A DNA stretch of 64,000 bases from Defluviitaleaceae bacterium (lineage in GTDB: Bacteria > Bacillota > Clostridia > Lachnospirales > WQUN01), in contig WRGY01000125.1 in the NCBI GenBank assembly GCA_009786925.1, positions 21,810 to 85,809 of the forward strand, in the 5' to 3' direction. Both the position numbers and the translations under genes were made by a program. Positions 10,451-20,181 of the stretch are shown piece after piece (positions within the stretch are counted from its first letter, which is position 1; each line of letters opens with the position of its first letter). The notes beneath the pieces were generated by a model. That model worked only from the letters and a program-made list of their open reading frames with translations. It made no database searches and had not been told where the DNA came from.

Positions 10451-11699
10451 TTTGCTCACCTATAGAAAAATTATTTTGAATAGCACCAAATCTCCCCGCT
10501 AAGTATGCTTTTCCAAACTCGCGGTCTACCTTAGACTTGTTAACACTGGCAGGCAATTTTGCAATCCTAGAGTATCCGTCGTCATTTTTTTCAACAAAAT
10601 AAACCTCATCTGTCCGCATATCCTGGTCGTTTAGGGCAACTAAATTATGCGCGGTAAAAATGAGTTGTGCTTTGTTTGCTTTTTGTTTTTGAAAACTTTT
10701 CACAATTTCTCGTAGTATTTTGGGATGAAGCTTTGTATCTAACTCATCTGCAATTACCAATCCGCCATGATTCAATGCGCGGAGAATAATACTACAAATA
10801 CTTGCGATTTTTTGTGTCCCTGCCGATTCTTCAAATATCGAAATCTCACGCATCTGCTTTTTGGGGTCTTTTGGGGTATGAGCTTTATGTTTAACATAAA
10901 GCTCATACCCCTCCACTGTGGATTTGTCGGGTTTGGATACTATATCGACTATACACGGGTCAAACTTTTGCATAAACTTTAAATAACGTTTTCTGGCTTT
11001 GTCATTACGAGCGACTAAACGAGCTAATGATGAAATCCGGCTCCTCATATCTTCATCATCAAAAAACTGCGGAGGAGTTGTTTCCTCACACCAGTCATGG
11101 ATTGATGAATACGGCTCTTCCCATGTTCTCCCCGCCAGTGGCAAAAAGAGCATACTTTTACTTTTTCCGATGGTCGCTTTTAATGCCGCAACAGCATCAG
11201 GAACATTTTCTCCAAAGTCTATACGATTGCCTACGCGCTTAAAAACGACGGTAAAATCATCGCCACTTTCCATTATCCGAGATTCCAACCATTCTTCAGC
11301 AATAACCTTATAATCCTTGTCGCTAAGGCTCCGCTCTTCTTCGCGTGAAATTTTATAGCCATATTTATATTCCTTGTATTCCGTTTCACCATTTTCATTT
11401 GGCAAACAAAAAATCATCTCGCATAACATCGGCTCGTCTGCTAAATTATCATCAAAAGCAAACACATCACCACGCAAATATATGTCACCGCGGCATATAT
11501 TCCAAAACATACTGCTCAAAGCCTTTATGTAGTTACTTTTACCGCTTGCATTTGCACCGTAAATAGAAATAACAGGTAATACATTTATATTACCTCTTTC
11601 AATTGCAAACCTTTTTTCATCCACATTTGATGCAACTAACGAAATATTTGCATTTTTTGCAAATGAATAGCAATTTTCACAGCGAAAAGAAAGTAACAT
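10440..11699 (-). CDS. AAA_21/ABC-type (SMC-like) ATPase
   Basis: Best start is ATG 11699, 7 nt after AGGAG; the track start 11735 lacks an RBS. Walker A is GANASGKS (nt 11535-11558), Walker B/D-loop is VIADELDTKLHP and the H-loop is FTAHN. A long insert lies between the Walker motifs. Confidence 0.8.
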   Translation of the reverse strand: MLLSFRCENCYSFAKNANISLVASNVDEKRFAIERGNINVLPVISIYGANASGKSNYIKALSSMFWNICRGDIYLRGDVFAFDDNLADEPMLCEMIFCLPNENGETEYKEYKYGYKISREEERSLSDKDYKVIAEEWLESRIMESGDDFTVVFKRVGNRIDFGENVPDAVAALKATIGKSKSMLFLPLAGRTWEEPYSSIHDWCEETTPPQFFDDEDMRSRISSLARLVARNDKARKRYLKFMQKFDPCIVDIVSKPDKSTVEGYELYVKHKAHTPKDPKKQMREISIFEESAGTQKIASICSIILRALNHGGLVIADELDTKLHPKILREIVKSFQKQKANKAQLIFTAHNLVALNDQDMRTDEVYFVEKNDDGYSRIAKLPASVNKSKVDREFGKAYLAGRFGAIQNNFSIGEQNDI

Positions 11700-11819
11700 A
11701 GGATGTCTCCTCTTTCCATTACATAGCTCGTCCATATTATCACTCCAAAAGTTAAATTACAACACTATTCTCGCCTTATGCTATATTTTTTTATACTTGT
11801 GTCTAACGATGCCTCGTGT

Positions 11820-12629
11820 TTACAGGCTTTCTTCGCTTTTGACCAAAACATCTACTATTATTCCTCCCACCGTCCCCGCTATTCCATGCTTAAACACATG
11901 GTTGATTAGTGTTTGTTCACGTAGTGGTTGTTTATTGTCATCTATGTAAAAATTTATAAAGTAGTCGCCGGTCAGGCGTTCCATTGCTTGTTTTATATTT
12001 GTATCCGGCGAGATTTTTATTTTTTTTATTGGAAGGGTGCGGGCGCGGTTTATGTGATTTTTTCCGTCAATGGCCAGATGGAAAGCGGCCTCCAGCTCGG
12101 AAGGTAGGGTTTTGTGTTTTTTACGGATAAAAAAACCTGCAAGCAGTAGTGAAATATTAAACGGAAATAATATGGCCTGTACAATGCCAAACAAAATAAA
12201 AGTGTATGACACAACGATGCCAAGGCGAAGCATAAAACGGTTTGCACGCAAAATACCTATGCGATTGCCCAGGAATTGGTGCAAAATCCGTCCGCCGTCC
12301 ATAGGGAGAGCGGGCAAGAGATTAAAAATGCCCAGTACCGCACTATAAAATGCTAAATCATCAAGAAAACCGACACCTACATATGAAATATGCGACACGG
12401 CAAAAGCCCATAATGCGATGGCGATGTTTGCGGCGGGTCCTGCAACAAACACGGCGTATCTTTCCCATGCGTTTAGGGTTTCCAGCCGTCGTGCCTTTGC
12501 CATCATTCCCAGTGGGAAAAAGCCGACCTTTTCTACCTTGGCACCCATAAATTTTATGACAAAGACATGCGCCCACTCATGAATCAAGAGTGAGGCGGCT
12601 ACCATCAATATTGTGATTACAATTGTCAT
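11820..12629 (-). CDS. spoIVFB: Site-2 (M50) intramembrane metalloprotease, SpoIVFB-like
   Basis: 269 aa with the HEWAH zinc motif in TM1, NLLPALPMDGG and a C-terminal CBS-like domain. It has a 4-nt overlap with the upstream M23 gene, matching the spoIVFA-spoIVFB arrangement. Confidence 0.7.
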   Translation of the reverse strand: MTIVITILMVAASLLIHEWAHVFVIKFMGAKVEKVGFFPLGMMAKARRLETLNAWERYAVFVAGPAANIAIALWAFAVSHISYVGVGFLDDLAFYSAVLGIFNLLPALPMDGGRILHQFLGNRIGILRANRFMLRLGIVVSYTFILFGIVQAILFPFNISLLLAGFFIRKKHKTLPSELEAAFHLAIDGKNHINRARTLPIKKIKISPDTNIKQAMERLTGDYFINFYIDDNKQPLREQTLINHVFKHGIAGTVGGIIVDVLVKSEESL

Positions 12630-13426
12630 GGGCTGACCCTTGTGAGCGGGTCTACAAACTGACCGTTTTGGAAAATACCAAAATGCAGATGTGGGCCTGT
12701 TGATTGGCCGGTGTTTCCGGAATAGGCGATATTGTCCCCCTGCTCGACTGTATCACCGAGTGCGGCTACATGGCGGCTTAGGTGGCCGAAGAAGGATATA
12801 TAGTTGTTTTCGTGAGCGAGACGCATAAAATTTCCGAATCCGGGGCAAAAACCTGCGGCGATTACTTCTCCCGCCTTTGGCGCGACCACAGCTGTGCCTG
12901 TGGCGACTGCAATGTCGATTCCGTCGTGGAACTCGCGGCGACCCGTCACAGGATTGTATCTGTGACCCGAAGGCGAAGAAATTCGACCGCTTACAGGGGT
13001 GAGCCATGTTTGTATGGTGGGGCTGTGATGTATCGGTGTGACAGCCTCCGTCAGTGGCGGAAGCGGCAAAATCGGGTCGATTTGTACAGGCTCTGCAACA
13101 GGCTCCTGCGGAGGCGGAAGCAGGATTTCCCAATCAGTATCTATGTCATTGCCAAAAAACTCCTCACTAAAAAGGAGTGCCTCATTTAATAGCTGCTGTG
13201 GGGTCTCCGCTCCTGTTAGCAGTTGTTGCAGATTTTCGCGTATTGTCGCGGCGGGAGCGAGATTTGTCATGCCTATGAGCAGTATACAAACGACCAAGAC
13301 ACCACATACTATACTCTGTACGACCAATGTTTCTGCGGCGGTCGGCTCTTCGTTTTCTTGTATCCTTGCCGAAGGTCTGCCATCCAAACGTGACGGCCTT
13401 ACCCGCCTGTAATGTACCCTGTCCAC
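12626..13426 (-). CDS. M23 family metallopeptidase (in the SpoIVFA position)
   Basis: 266 aa with one N-terminal TM helix, a Pro-rich linker, and the motifs HDGIDIA and GNTGQSTGPHLHFGIF (HxxxD and HxH). Confidence 0.75.
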   Translation of the reverse strand: MDRVHYRRVRPSRLDGRPSARIQENEEPTAAETLVVQSIVCGVLVVCILLIGMTNLAPAATIRENLQQLLTGAETPQQLLNEALLFSEEFFGNDIDTDWEILLPPPQEPVAEPVQIDPILPLPPLTEAVTPIHHSPTIQTWLTPVSGRISSPSGHRYNPVTGRREFHDGIDIAVATGTAVVAPKAGEVIAAGFCPGFGNFMRLAHENNYISFFGHLSRHVAALGDTVEQGDNIAYSGNTGQSTGPHLHFGIFQNGQFVDPLTRVSP

Positions 13427-13532
13427 ATTTTACCCCCTCATTCAATACGCCTCTCGTTATTCTATTAATTACGAATAAAAAATATGCATATTTTTACAGT
13501 GTTCTGAGAATAGTAATATGGGAGGTTTTTGT

Positions 13533-14123
13533 ATGAAAAAAATGGTTTTGTTATCAATATTGTTTACGGTTTTTGCACATTTGACAGCATACGCCCATGG
13601 TGATAATGTTGGCGAAACAATCGGTTATGTGATTGATATAGAGGGCGATGTAGTGCATTTTGTGGGTGAGCCTGTTACGCCGCGTGGATTTTCTAATGCG
13701 CGTGTGAGTATCGGAGGCGCACCTGTCTATGACCTGCGTACAGGATATAGGGTATCTGTGGACGACATAATGGTGGATGATGATATACGCATAGCCTATC
13801 ATGTCCCACTGAGCCAAAGCGGAAAGCTTGAGCCATATCCTGCCGTAGTGGCATGGTTAAACTGGGACTGTGACACTGCCGCCGTTTTTACTGTAGTAGT
13901 GAGTGACAATATAAGCAGTAGCGAAGAGTCAACGGTTTTCCTGTGCGAAAACGAAAGATACCGCGTGGCCATCACACCCGACACCATAATCCAAGACCAA
14001 TACAGCGGGCGACTGACCCCGGCAGATATACACCCGGGCATGGAATTTTTTGTGTGGGTGGATGTACTGACAGCAAGCACACCGGCCTTGGTGTATCCGC
14101 ATAAGGTTGTGGTGGTGTATTAG
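13533..14123 (+). CDS. Secreted protein of unknown function
   Basis: ATG 13533 follows GGGAGG. The signal peptide is MKKMVLLSILFTVFAHLTAYA. No family recognised. Confidence 0.5.
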   Translation: MKKMVLLSILFTVFAHLTAYAHGDNVGETIGYVIDIEGDVVHFVGEPVTPRGFSNARVSIGGAPVYDLRTGYRVSVDDIMVDDDIRIAYHVPLSQSGKLEPYPAVVAWLNWDCDTAAVFTVVVSDNISSSEESTVFLCENERYRVAITPDTIIQDQYSGRLTPADIHPGMEFFVWVDVLTASTPALVYPHKVVVVY

Positions 14124-14134
14124 GGCGTGTTAGC

Positions 14135-14812
14135 ATGAAAATAAGCATAGTAATCCCTGCCTCGGGCGAAGGAAAACGCCTTGGCAGTGAAATACCGAAA
14201 CAGTTTTTGCAACCGGGAGGTGAGCCTATTTTGCGGCGCACACTTTCGGTTTTTGATGCAATGGAAATAGTTGCCGAAATCGCCGTGGCCGTCCCAAATG
14301 GCTATGCCGAAGAAGTGCGTGGTTACAAAATCGCAAAACTTCTACATATAGTGGAAGGCAAGGCTACTCGTGCAGAAAGTGTATACGCCGCATTACGAGC
14401 ATTGGACAAAAACGCCGACGCGGTATTGGTGCATGATGGCGTGCGCCCATTTGTGACCTCGGAAATAATAATGGCGGTGGCAGAAGCCGCAAAAGAATAC
14501 GGTGCGGCGGTGGCCTGCGCACCCGTAACCGACACTGTAAAGGTAGCTGACGACAGCGGCAATATTATAAGCACCCCCGACCGCAGTACACTGTGGCAAG
14601 CCCAGACCCCCCAAGGTTTTACATATGAAATAATAACTCGTGCCTACGCCACTGCTGAGGCGGACGGTATATTGGCGACAGCCACAGATGACAGTGCGTT
14701 AGCAGAGCGATTGGGCATATCGGTAAAAATAGTGCCGTCATGTCCAAAAAACATAAAAATTACGACTGCAACAGACTTAGAACTCGCTAAAGTGATTTGG
14801 GGGAATTTATGA
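14135..14812 (+). CDS. ispD: 2-C-methyl-D-erythritol 4-phosphate cytidylyltransferase
   Basis: 225 aa with [31 protein letters not shown] and WQAQTPQGF. Confidence 0.9.
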   Translation: MKISIVIPASGEGKRLGSEIPKQFLQPGGEPILRRTLSVFDAMEIVAEIAVAVPNGYAEEVRGYKIAKLLHIVEGKATRAESVYAALRALDKNADAVLVHDGVRPFVTSEIIMAVAEAAKEYGAAVACAPVTDTVKVADDSGNIISTPDRSTLWQAQTPQGFTYEIITRAYATAEADGILATATDDSALAERLGISVKIVPSCPKNIKITTATDLELAKVIWGNL

Positions 14813-15264
14813 AAAAAGTGACAATATACACGGATGGTGCATGTAGCGGAAATCCCGGGCCGGGTGGCTATGGTGCGGTGCTGTTATATGGGAGTCATCG
14901 CAAGGAAATAAGCGGGGGCGAAGCTTTGACGACAAATAATCGCATGGAGATGATGGCTGTAATCAAGGCATTGGAAATGCTAAAGGAGCCATGCGAAGCA
15001 GAAGTATATTCCGACTCAAAATATGTAGTAGACGCGATTGAAAAGGGATGGGCAATCCGCTGGAAGCAAAACGGCTGGATGCGTAACAAAAAAGAGCAAG
15101 CATTAAATCCCGACCTGTGGGAAGAAATGCTTGCTCTGTTAGACAAGCACAGGGTGTCTTTACATTGGATAAAAGGTCATGCAGGCCATGCAGAAAACGA
15201 ACGTTGTGATGAGCTTGCACGAGCGGTTGTTGATGATTTGTTAGGTGTTGCCACTGCCGATTAG
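14809..15264 (+). CDS. rnhA: Ribonuclease HI
   Basis: The start is ATG 14809 with an ATGA overlap on the ispD stop. Motifs are [36 protein letters not shown] and [16 protein letters not shown]. Confidence 0.9.
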   Translation: MKKVTIYTDGACSGNPGPGGYGAVLLYGSHRKEISGGEALTTNNRMEMMAVIKALEMLKEPCEAEVYSDSKYVVDAIEKGWAIRWKQNGWMRNKKEQALNPDLWEEMLALLDKHRVSLHWIKGHAGHAENERCDELARAVVDDLLGVATAD

Positions 15265-15507
15265 TACGGTTTCTGTAGTGCAGTCTACGAGTATAATATC
15301 GTCTCCGATTTTTTGGATTTTATCCCATGGGATTTTGTATTCTTGGTCGCGGCCGAACACGCCCAGCACACGCCCCGGCCCGGGTACGATTAATGCAGTG
15401 ATTGTTCCTTCGGTTATGTCAAGCTCTAAGTCGCTTACGAAGCCGTAGCGTGCGCCATCGCTTACGTTTACGATTTCCTTCTGGCGTAAGTCGTACATTC
15501 TCGCCAT
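15241..15507 (-). CDS. YlmC/YmxH family sporulation protein (PRC-barrel)
   Basis: 88 aa with [36 protein letters not shown]. It is convergent with rnhA and overlaps it by 24 nt. Confidence 0.8.
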   Translation of the reverse strand: MARMYDLRQKEIVNVSDGARYGFVSDLELDITEGTITALIVPGPGRVLGVFGRDQEYKIPWDKIQKIGDDIILVDCTTETVLIGSGNT

Positions 15508-15523
15508 ATATTTTCCCTTTCAT

Positions 15524-16342
15524 TTAAAAAATTCTTGGTGTAATGAATAAGAAATCGATTACAAGGAATGCGGCCAAAGCCCATAGGTAATATGAAAAGT
15601 AGCGGAGTTTGCAAGCCTTTATGAGCCGTAGCAACAAGCGTATGGCGGCATAGCCCACCACTGCCGAAACAATCAATCCTATGATGATAGGTACTGCGCC
15701 GAGTGTTGCTATGGCTGTGCCGCCCGTGACTACATCTATGCCTTCGAGTAGGCTCGCTCCTGCTATGGCGATGAGTGCCAGCATAAAAGAAAATCTTGTC
15801 GCTGTTTCTCTGTTAAGCCCACGAGTTAGCCCGCCTGTGATTGTCATGCCACTGCGCGAAATCCCGGGCGGCAGGGCAAGAGCCTGCATAAGGCCAACAA
15901 CCAAAGCATCGAGATATGTTATATCCTTGTCGTCCTTTGTGTTTTGTGTAAACTTATCTGCAACGATGAGCAAAACGCCTGTGACTGTAAAAGCAACTGC
16001 CAGCCATATCCCTGTACGCAAATTCGCGATAATAGAATCCCGCAAAACAAATCCCAAAATCGCTATAGGGAGCGACCCGACAATCAGCAGTCCCGTCATT
16101 CTGGAAAACGGATTTTTGACCAGCTTCCAAATTTCGGGCCAAAAGGCAACAAAAATCGCAACCAATGTACCAAGATGCACCACTATATCAAATGTAAACA
16201 GATATGATTCAGAAATATCCATATCTACGTTAAAACATCCAAAAATTCCATGCAACAGCACCAAATGGCCGGAAGAGCTTATTGGCAAAAACTCTGCAAT
16301 CCCTTGTACAATCCCCAGTATGATTGCTTGAAAAATTGTCAT
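15524..16342 (-). CDS. uppP: Undecaprenyl-diphosphate phosphatase
   Basis: 272 aa, polytopic, with QGIAEFLPISSSGHL and PGISRSGMTITGG. Confidence 0.9.
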   Translation of the reverse strand: MTIFQAIILGIVQGIAEFLPISSSGHLVLLHGIFGCFNVDMDISESYLFTFDIVVHLGTLVAIFVAFWPEIWKLVKNPFSRMTGLLIVGSLPIAILGFVLRDSIIANLRTGIWLAVAFTVTGVLLIVADKFTQNTKDDKDITYLDALVVGLMQALALPPGISRSGMTITGGLTRGLNRETATRFSFMLALIAIAGASLLEGIDVVTGGTAIATLGAVPIIIGLIVSAVVGYAAIRLLLRLIKACKLRYFSYYLWALAAFLVIDFLFITPRIF

Positions 16343-16355
16343 TTGTGCCTCACTC

Positions 16356-16730
16356 CTATTTCTTCATGTTTATTCCAAAAATCCCGCCGAGTCCACCACC
16401 CGCTATACCCAACGCGAAAGTGGTAACGAGACGCATTCCCGCAGAAAACTCCGGAATAAGCACTGCCATAAATATTGCCATAAATATTACATAAATAAAC
16501 CCTGCGAGCATCCCCCATGCCCATCCGCGGTTTTCTGCCGCTCGCGCCGCATCAAACCCTGCGACCATCACCGACAGCACCGTCGTGATTGCTACCACCA
16601 TGGGCAAACTGCGCTCACTTACATTGGTGTAAGTAATCAATACCGCATAGCCCAAAAAAACAATCGCTGTGATTGCATACGCCATCAAAATGCCTATGCT
16701 TAGATGTTTAACCTGATTTGTAATTGCCAT
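16356..16730 (-). CDS. Small integral membrane protein (TIGR04086/YrzE-like)
   Basis: 124 aa with four hydrophobic segments and the ENRGWAWG motif. The family call comes from memory of the pattern. Confidence 0.45.
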   Translation of the reverse strand: MAITNQVKHLSIGILMAYAITAIVFLGYAVLITYTNVSERSLPMVVAITTVLSVMVAGFDAARAAENRGWAWGMLAGFIYVIFMAIFMAVLIPEFSAGMRLVTTFALGIAGGGLGGIFGINMKK

Positions 16731-16785
16731 ATTCGGAACTCCTTCAAAACGTCTGGTTTTACACTATACGCGAAGGGAGTCCGTT

Positions 16786-18099
16786 TTATGAGGGTGTTAC
16801 CCAGCCAACGGGCAAATTATTTTTTAGCCGCCCCTGTACGAGCCGCGCCCATCCCAGAGGATGACCATCATGACATACCAAAATCCACGGTTTTTTTGCG
16901 TCATTACTATAGAATAATGATTCACCGCGCAAATACCGAAAAGCGTCCTCCTCACAGAGTTCTGCAATATATTTTGCTTGTTCCTTGCGTAAGCCCATGG
17001 CAAGGGCTTGGCTCGGCACAAAACGCCCCTTTGTACACTCTCCCAGATGCCAGCCGCTACGTGCTACTCGCAAGCCGCGCAAATCGAGTGAAAGTGGTTG
17101 CAAATACAAATTTATCCCATGCAAAACAAAATTGCCTTTTGGAAAATCCATGTCCAAAAACTCATCAACAAATGCAGAAAACTCCTTTGGCGGAGCGTTT
17201 AGTCCAAAAAAATCCGCGGCTCCTGTCTCCCCATCCTTTTTCTCCAGCAAGGCGATAAAATGTCCCTCGCCGTCGGCAAGATGAGGCCAGATTCTGGCGG
17301 TCTGCGGTAGCGGTTCAAGCCCCGACCGTACTCCAAGCGCGGCATGGTCGATTTGCACCACAAAAAAATCATCATGTCGCTCCAAAAATGCCTCAATAGT
17401 CCCCTCGTTTTCATCCGAGTTAAACGTACATGTAGAGTACACCAGTCGCCCGCCCGACTTTAGCATCTTTGCCGCATAATGCAAAATATCCTGCTGTACA
17501 GCTGCACAGGCAGATGGTTTGTTAGCCGTATACGCTTTCACTGCATCGGGGTCTCGTCTAAACATCCCCTCGCCCGAACATGGCGCGTCTACCAAAATCC
17601 TGTCAAAAAAACCCGCAAATCTTTCGGCGAGCTTTTTCGGCTGTTCTGTAGTTACGACTGCATTAGTCACTCCTGCGCGTTCCAGATTCTTTACAAGAGC
17701 GCGGCTACGGCTTGGGCTTGCATCATTGGAGACAAGCAAAAACGGCTTATGCCCCGCAATCTGGACAGATTTTCCGCCCGGTGCGGCACATAAATCCAAA
17801 ACAATATGCCCCGCCTCCACCCCAAGCACCTCAGCGGGACACATGGCACTCGGCTCTTGGATGTAAAACAAGCCCGCGTGATATGCGACGGTTTTAGAGG
17901 GTCGTTCGTCATTATTATAAATAAATCCATGTTTGCACCAAGGGATAGGCACCCCTGTAATGGTGTTGGGTTTCAGTAGATTCTTGCGGATGCCGCGGAA
18001 TGGTGAGTTGCCATGTGATTCAATAAAGGCGTTATACTCATCTGCGGGCAGGATTTTTTCTATATGGCTCAAAAATGACTCGGGCAGGGATGTCACCAT
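16786..18099 (-). CDS. RsmB/RsmF (NOL1/NOP2/Sun) family rRNA m5C methyltransferase
   Basis: 437 aa with DLCAAPGGKS, ILVDAPCSGEGMFRRDP and LVYSTCTF. Confidence 0.85.
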   Translation of the reverse strand: MVTSLPESFLSHIEKILPADEYNAFIESHGNSPFRGIRKNLLKPNTITGVPIPWCKHGFIYNNDERPSKTVAYHAGLFYIQEPSAMCPAEVLGVEAGHIVLDLCAAPGGKSVQIAGHKPFLLVSNDASPSRSRALVKNLERAGVTNAVVTTEQPKKLAERFAGFFDRILVDAPCSGEGMFRRDPDAVKAYTANKPSACAAVQQDILHYAAKMLKSGGRLVYSTCTFNSDENEGTIEAFLERHDDFFVVQIDHAALGVRSGLEPLPQTARIWPHLADGEGHFIALLEKKDGETGAADFFGLNAPPKEFSAFVDEFLDMDFPKGNFVLHGINLYLQPLSLDLRGLRVARSGWHLGECTKGRFVPSQALAMGLRKEQAKYIAELCEEDAFRYLRGESLFYSNDAKKPWILVCHDGHPLGWARLVQGRLKNNLPVGWVTPS

Positions 18100-19874
18100 G
18101 AGTTTTGGCTTTTCCAGTTTTCTATAGCGGCGGATAGGTCTTGTGTGCCTTCGTCACCATTTTCGCGGGAGCGGACAGCAACTTTGTTTTCTGCAATTTC
18201 GCTGTCACCCAGAACCAGCATTATGGGTATTTTTTGCAATTGGGCTTCTCGGATTTTTAAGCCCATTTTTTCATTACGCATATCTGCCTCAGCACGTAGA
18301 TTTGCGGCAGTGAGTTTTGCGACCACTTCTGCGGCTGCGTCCTGATGACGTTCTGCAATGGGAATCACCATAAACTGTGTGGGTGCGAGCCAAAAAGGCA
18401 TTGCACCTGCGGTTTTTTCTAACAGCAATGCCAAAGTACGCTCATAACAGCCGATAGACGAGCGGTGAATGATATATGGATGTTGTTTTGTGCTTTCTGC
18501 GTCTACATATACCATGCCAAAACGCTCCGCCAGTTGGAAGTCGATTTGGATAGTGATGAGTGTATCTTCTTTTCCGTGGACATTTTTTATTTGGATGTCC
18601 AGCTTCGGGCCGTAGAATGCGGCTTCGCCATCGGCTTCTACATAGGGAATCCCCGAGTTGTCAAGGATTTTTTTCATAAAGCTTTGGGTATGCTCCCATT
18701 CTTTTTCGTCGCCGATATATTTTTCCTTTGCTGTGGCATCCCATTTAGAAAAACGATAGGTGATGTCCTCGGCGAGGCCGATTTTTTCTAATAAAAACTG
18801 TGCAAGGTCTATACAGCCTTTAAACTCGGCTTCTACTTGGTCGGGCGTACAGGCGATATGACCCTCCGAAAGGGTAAACTGGCGCACGCGGATGAGTCCA
18901 TGCATAGAGCCTGATGACTCGTTACGAAAAAGTGTAGCTGTCTCATTAAATCGCATGGGAAGGTCGCGGTAGCTACGTGTTTTTGCAAGATATACTTGGA
19001 ACTGGAATGGGCATGTCATAGGGCGCAGGGCGAGCATTTCTTTGCTTTCGTCCATGGCTTCGTCAGGATTGCCGAGCAAAAACATATCATCGCGGTATTT
19101 GTCCCAGTGTCCCGATACCTTATAGAGGTCACGTTTTGCCATAAACGGCGTTTTTGTAAGAAGATAGCCACGGCGGGCTTCTTCGTCCTCCACAAAGCGT
19201 TGCAGGAGTTGCAAGACCTTGGCTCCCTTTGGCATGAGTATGGGCAGACCCTGGCCGATATAATCCACTGTGGTAAAATATTCTAACTCGCGACCTACCT
19301 TGTTATGGTCACGTTTTTTTGCTTCTTCCAGGCGTTCCAGATGTGCGTACAATTCATCTTTTGTGAAAAAAGCGGTGCCGTATATACGTGATAGCATTGC
19401 GCGTTTTTCGTCCCCTCGCCAATACGCACCCGCAGTAGAAAGCAGTTTAAATGCCTTTACGTCACGAGTACGCGGCATATGTGGCCCCGCGCATAGGTCT
19501 GTAAAATCTCCTTGCTTATAAAATGAAGCCTCTTCCGTCAAACCTTCGAGCAACTCACGCTTATATGGCTCGCCTTGCTTGTCCACAAAAGCCAATGCCT
19601 CATCGCGAGGCAAATTAAACTGCTCCAGAGTAAGCCCTTCCTTTACAATTTTTTTCATTTCCTTTTCAATTTTAGGCAAATCATCGGGCGTAAACGGTGT
19701 GGCCGTTTCAAAATCATAGTAAAATCCATCCTCAATGGACGGCCCTATAGCAAGCTTTACATCAGGAAACAACCGCTTTACCGCATGTGCCAACACATGT
19801 GCCGCTGTATGTCGCAGGGTGCTTGAATCTTTTTCGTGCATATTATTTTCCTCCGCTTCGTCTGCATTCAACAC
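18093..19874 (-). CDS. thrS: Threonine--tRNA ligase (short form lacking the N-terminal TGS domain)
   Basis: The ORF begins directly at the editing-domain motif RHTAAHVLAHA, followed by class II catalytic and anticodon-binding parts. The true start may be the ATG at 19841 (MHEKDSS) rather than GTG 19874. Confidence 0.9.
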   Translation of the reverse strand: MLNADEAEENNMHEKDSSTLRHTAAHVLAHAVKRLFPDVKLAIGPSIEDGFYYDFETATPFTPDDLPKIEKEMKKIVKEGLTLEQFNLPRDEALAFVDKQGEPYKRELLEGLTEEASFYKQGDFTDLCAGPHMPRTRDVKAFKLLSTAGAYWRGDEKRAMLSRIYGTAFFTKDELYAHLERLEEAKKRDHNKVGRELEYFTTVDYIGQGLPILMPKGAKVLQLLQRFVEDEEARRGYLLTKTPFMAKRDLYKVSGHWDKYRDDMFLLGNPDEAMDESKEMLALRPMTCPFQFQVYLAKTRSYRDLPMRFNETATLFRNESSGSMHGLIRVRQFTLSEGHIACTPDQVEAEFKGCIDLAQFLLEKIGLAEDITYRFSKWDATAKEKYIGDEKEWEHTQSFMKKILDNSGIPYVEADGEAAFYGPKLDIQIKNVHGKEDTLITIQIDFQLAERFGMVYVDAESTKQHPYIIHRSSIGCYERTLALLLEKTAGAMPFWLAPTQFMVIPIAERHQDAAAEVVAKLTAANLRAEADMRNEKMGLKIREAQLQKIPIMLVLGDSEIAENKVAVRSRENGDEGTQDLSAAIENWKSQNSW

Positions 19875-19936
19875 GCCCTGCTACTTAGGGCGAATACCCA
19901 CATTCTATCACAAATAAAAAAACATGCCAAAAGAGC

Positions 19937-19970
19937 GTAGATGTTTTGGTCAAAACCGCTCAAGCCCTCA
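19937..19970 (-). repeat. Dispersed repeat family R, copy R3
   Basis: GTAGATGTTTTGGTCAAAACCGCTCAAGCCCTCA is the reverse complement of the R unit with 1 mismatch. It also matches the left arm at 59703-59733. Confidence 0.65.
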
Positions 19971-20071
19971 TTATTGCTTGCATTCCATTTGCCATAAGAT
20001 TACCTGCTAACGAGCCTGTTGCTTTTGGTGCTATGACCCCTGCCCAATTAAATGCCGAATTGGAAAAATGA
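19937..20071 (+). pseudogene. C-terminal remnant of a RelB/DinJ-type antitoxin gene
   Basis: The frame reads VDVLVKTAQALIIACIPFAIRLPANEPVAFGAMTPAQLNAELEK*. The IPFxIRLP..EP segment plus tail resembles DinJ C-termini. There is no start codon or N-terminal ribbon-helix-helix part. Confidence 0.35.
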
Positions 20072-20181
20072 TGCCGCCCACATCCATATTGGGGCTTTCC
20101 ATGCTATGTATTGTATAAAGCGCAAATAAGATATACAATAATGTTATAGGATGTATGCTGTGAGGGGTGTAAATAACGCTT

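Noticed and set aside
15681-16331. 216-aa plus-strand ORF.
   Set aside because: It is fully antisense to uppP, which has unambiguous family motifs.
19875-20181. T-box leader upstream of thrS.
   Set aside because: No GGGTGGTACCGCG-like T-box sequence or specifier-loop architecture could be found on the minus strand.
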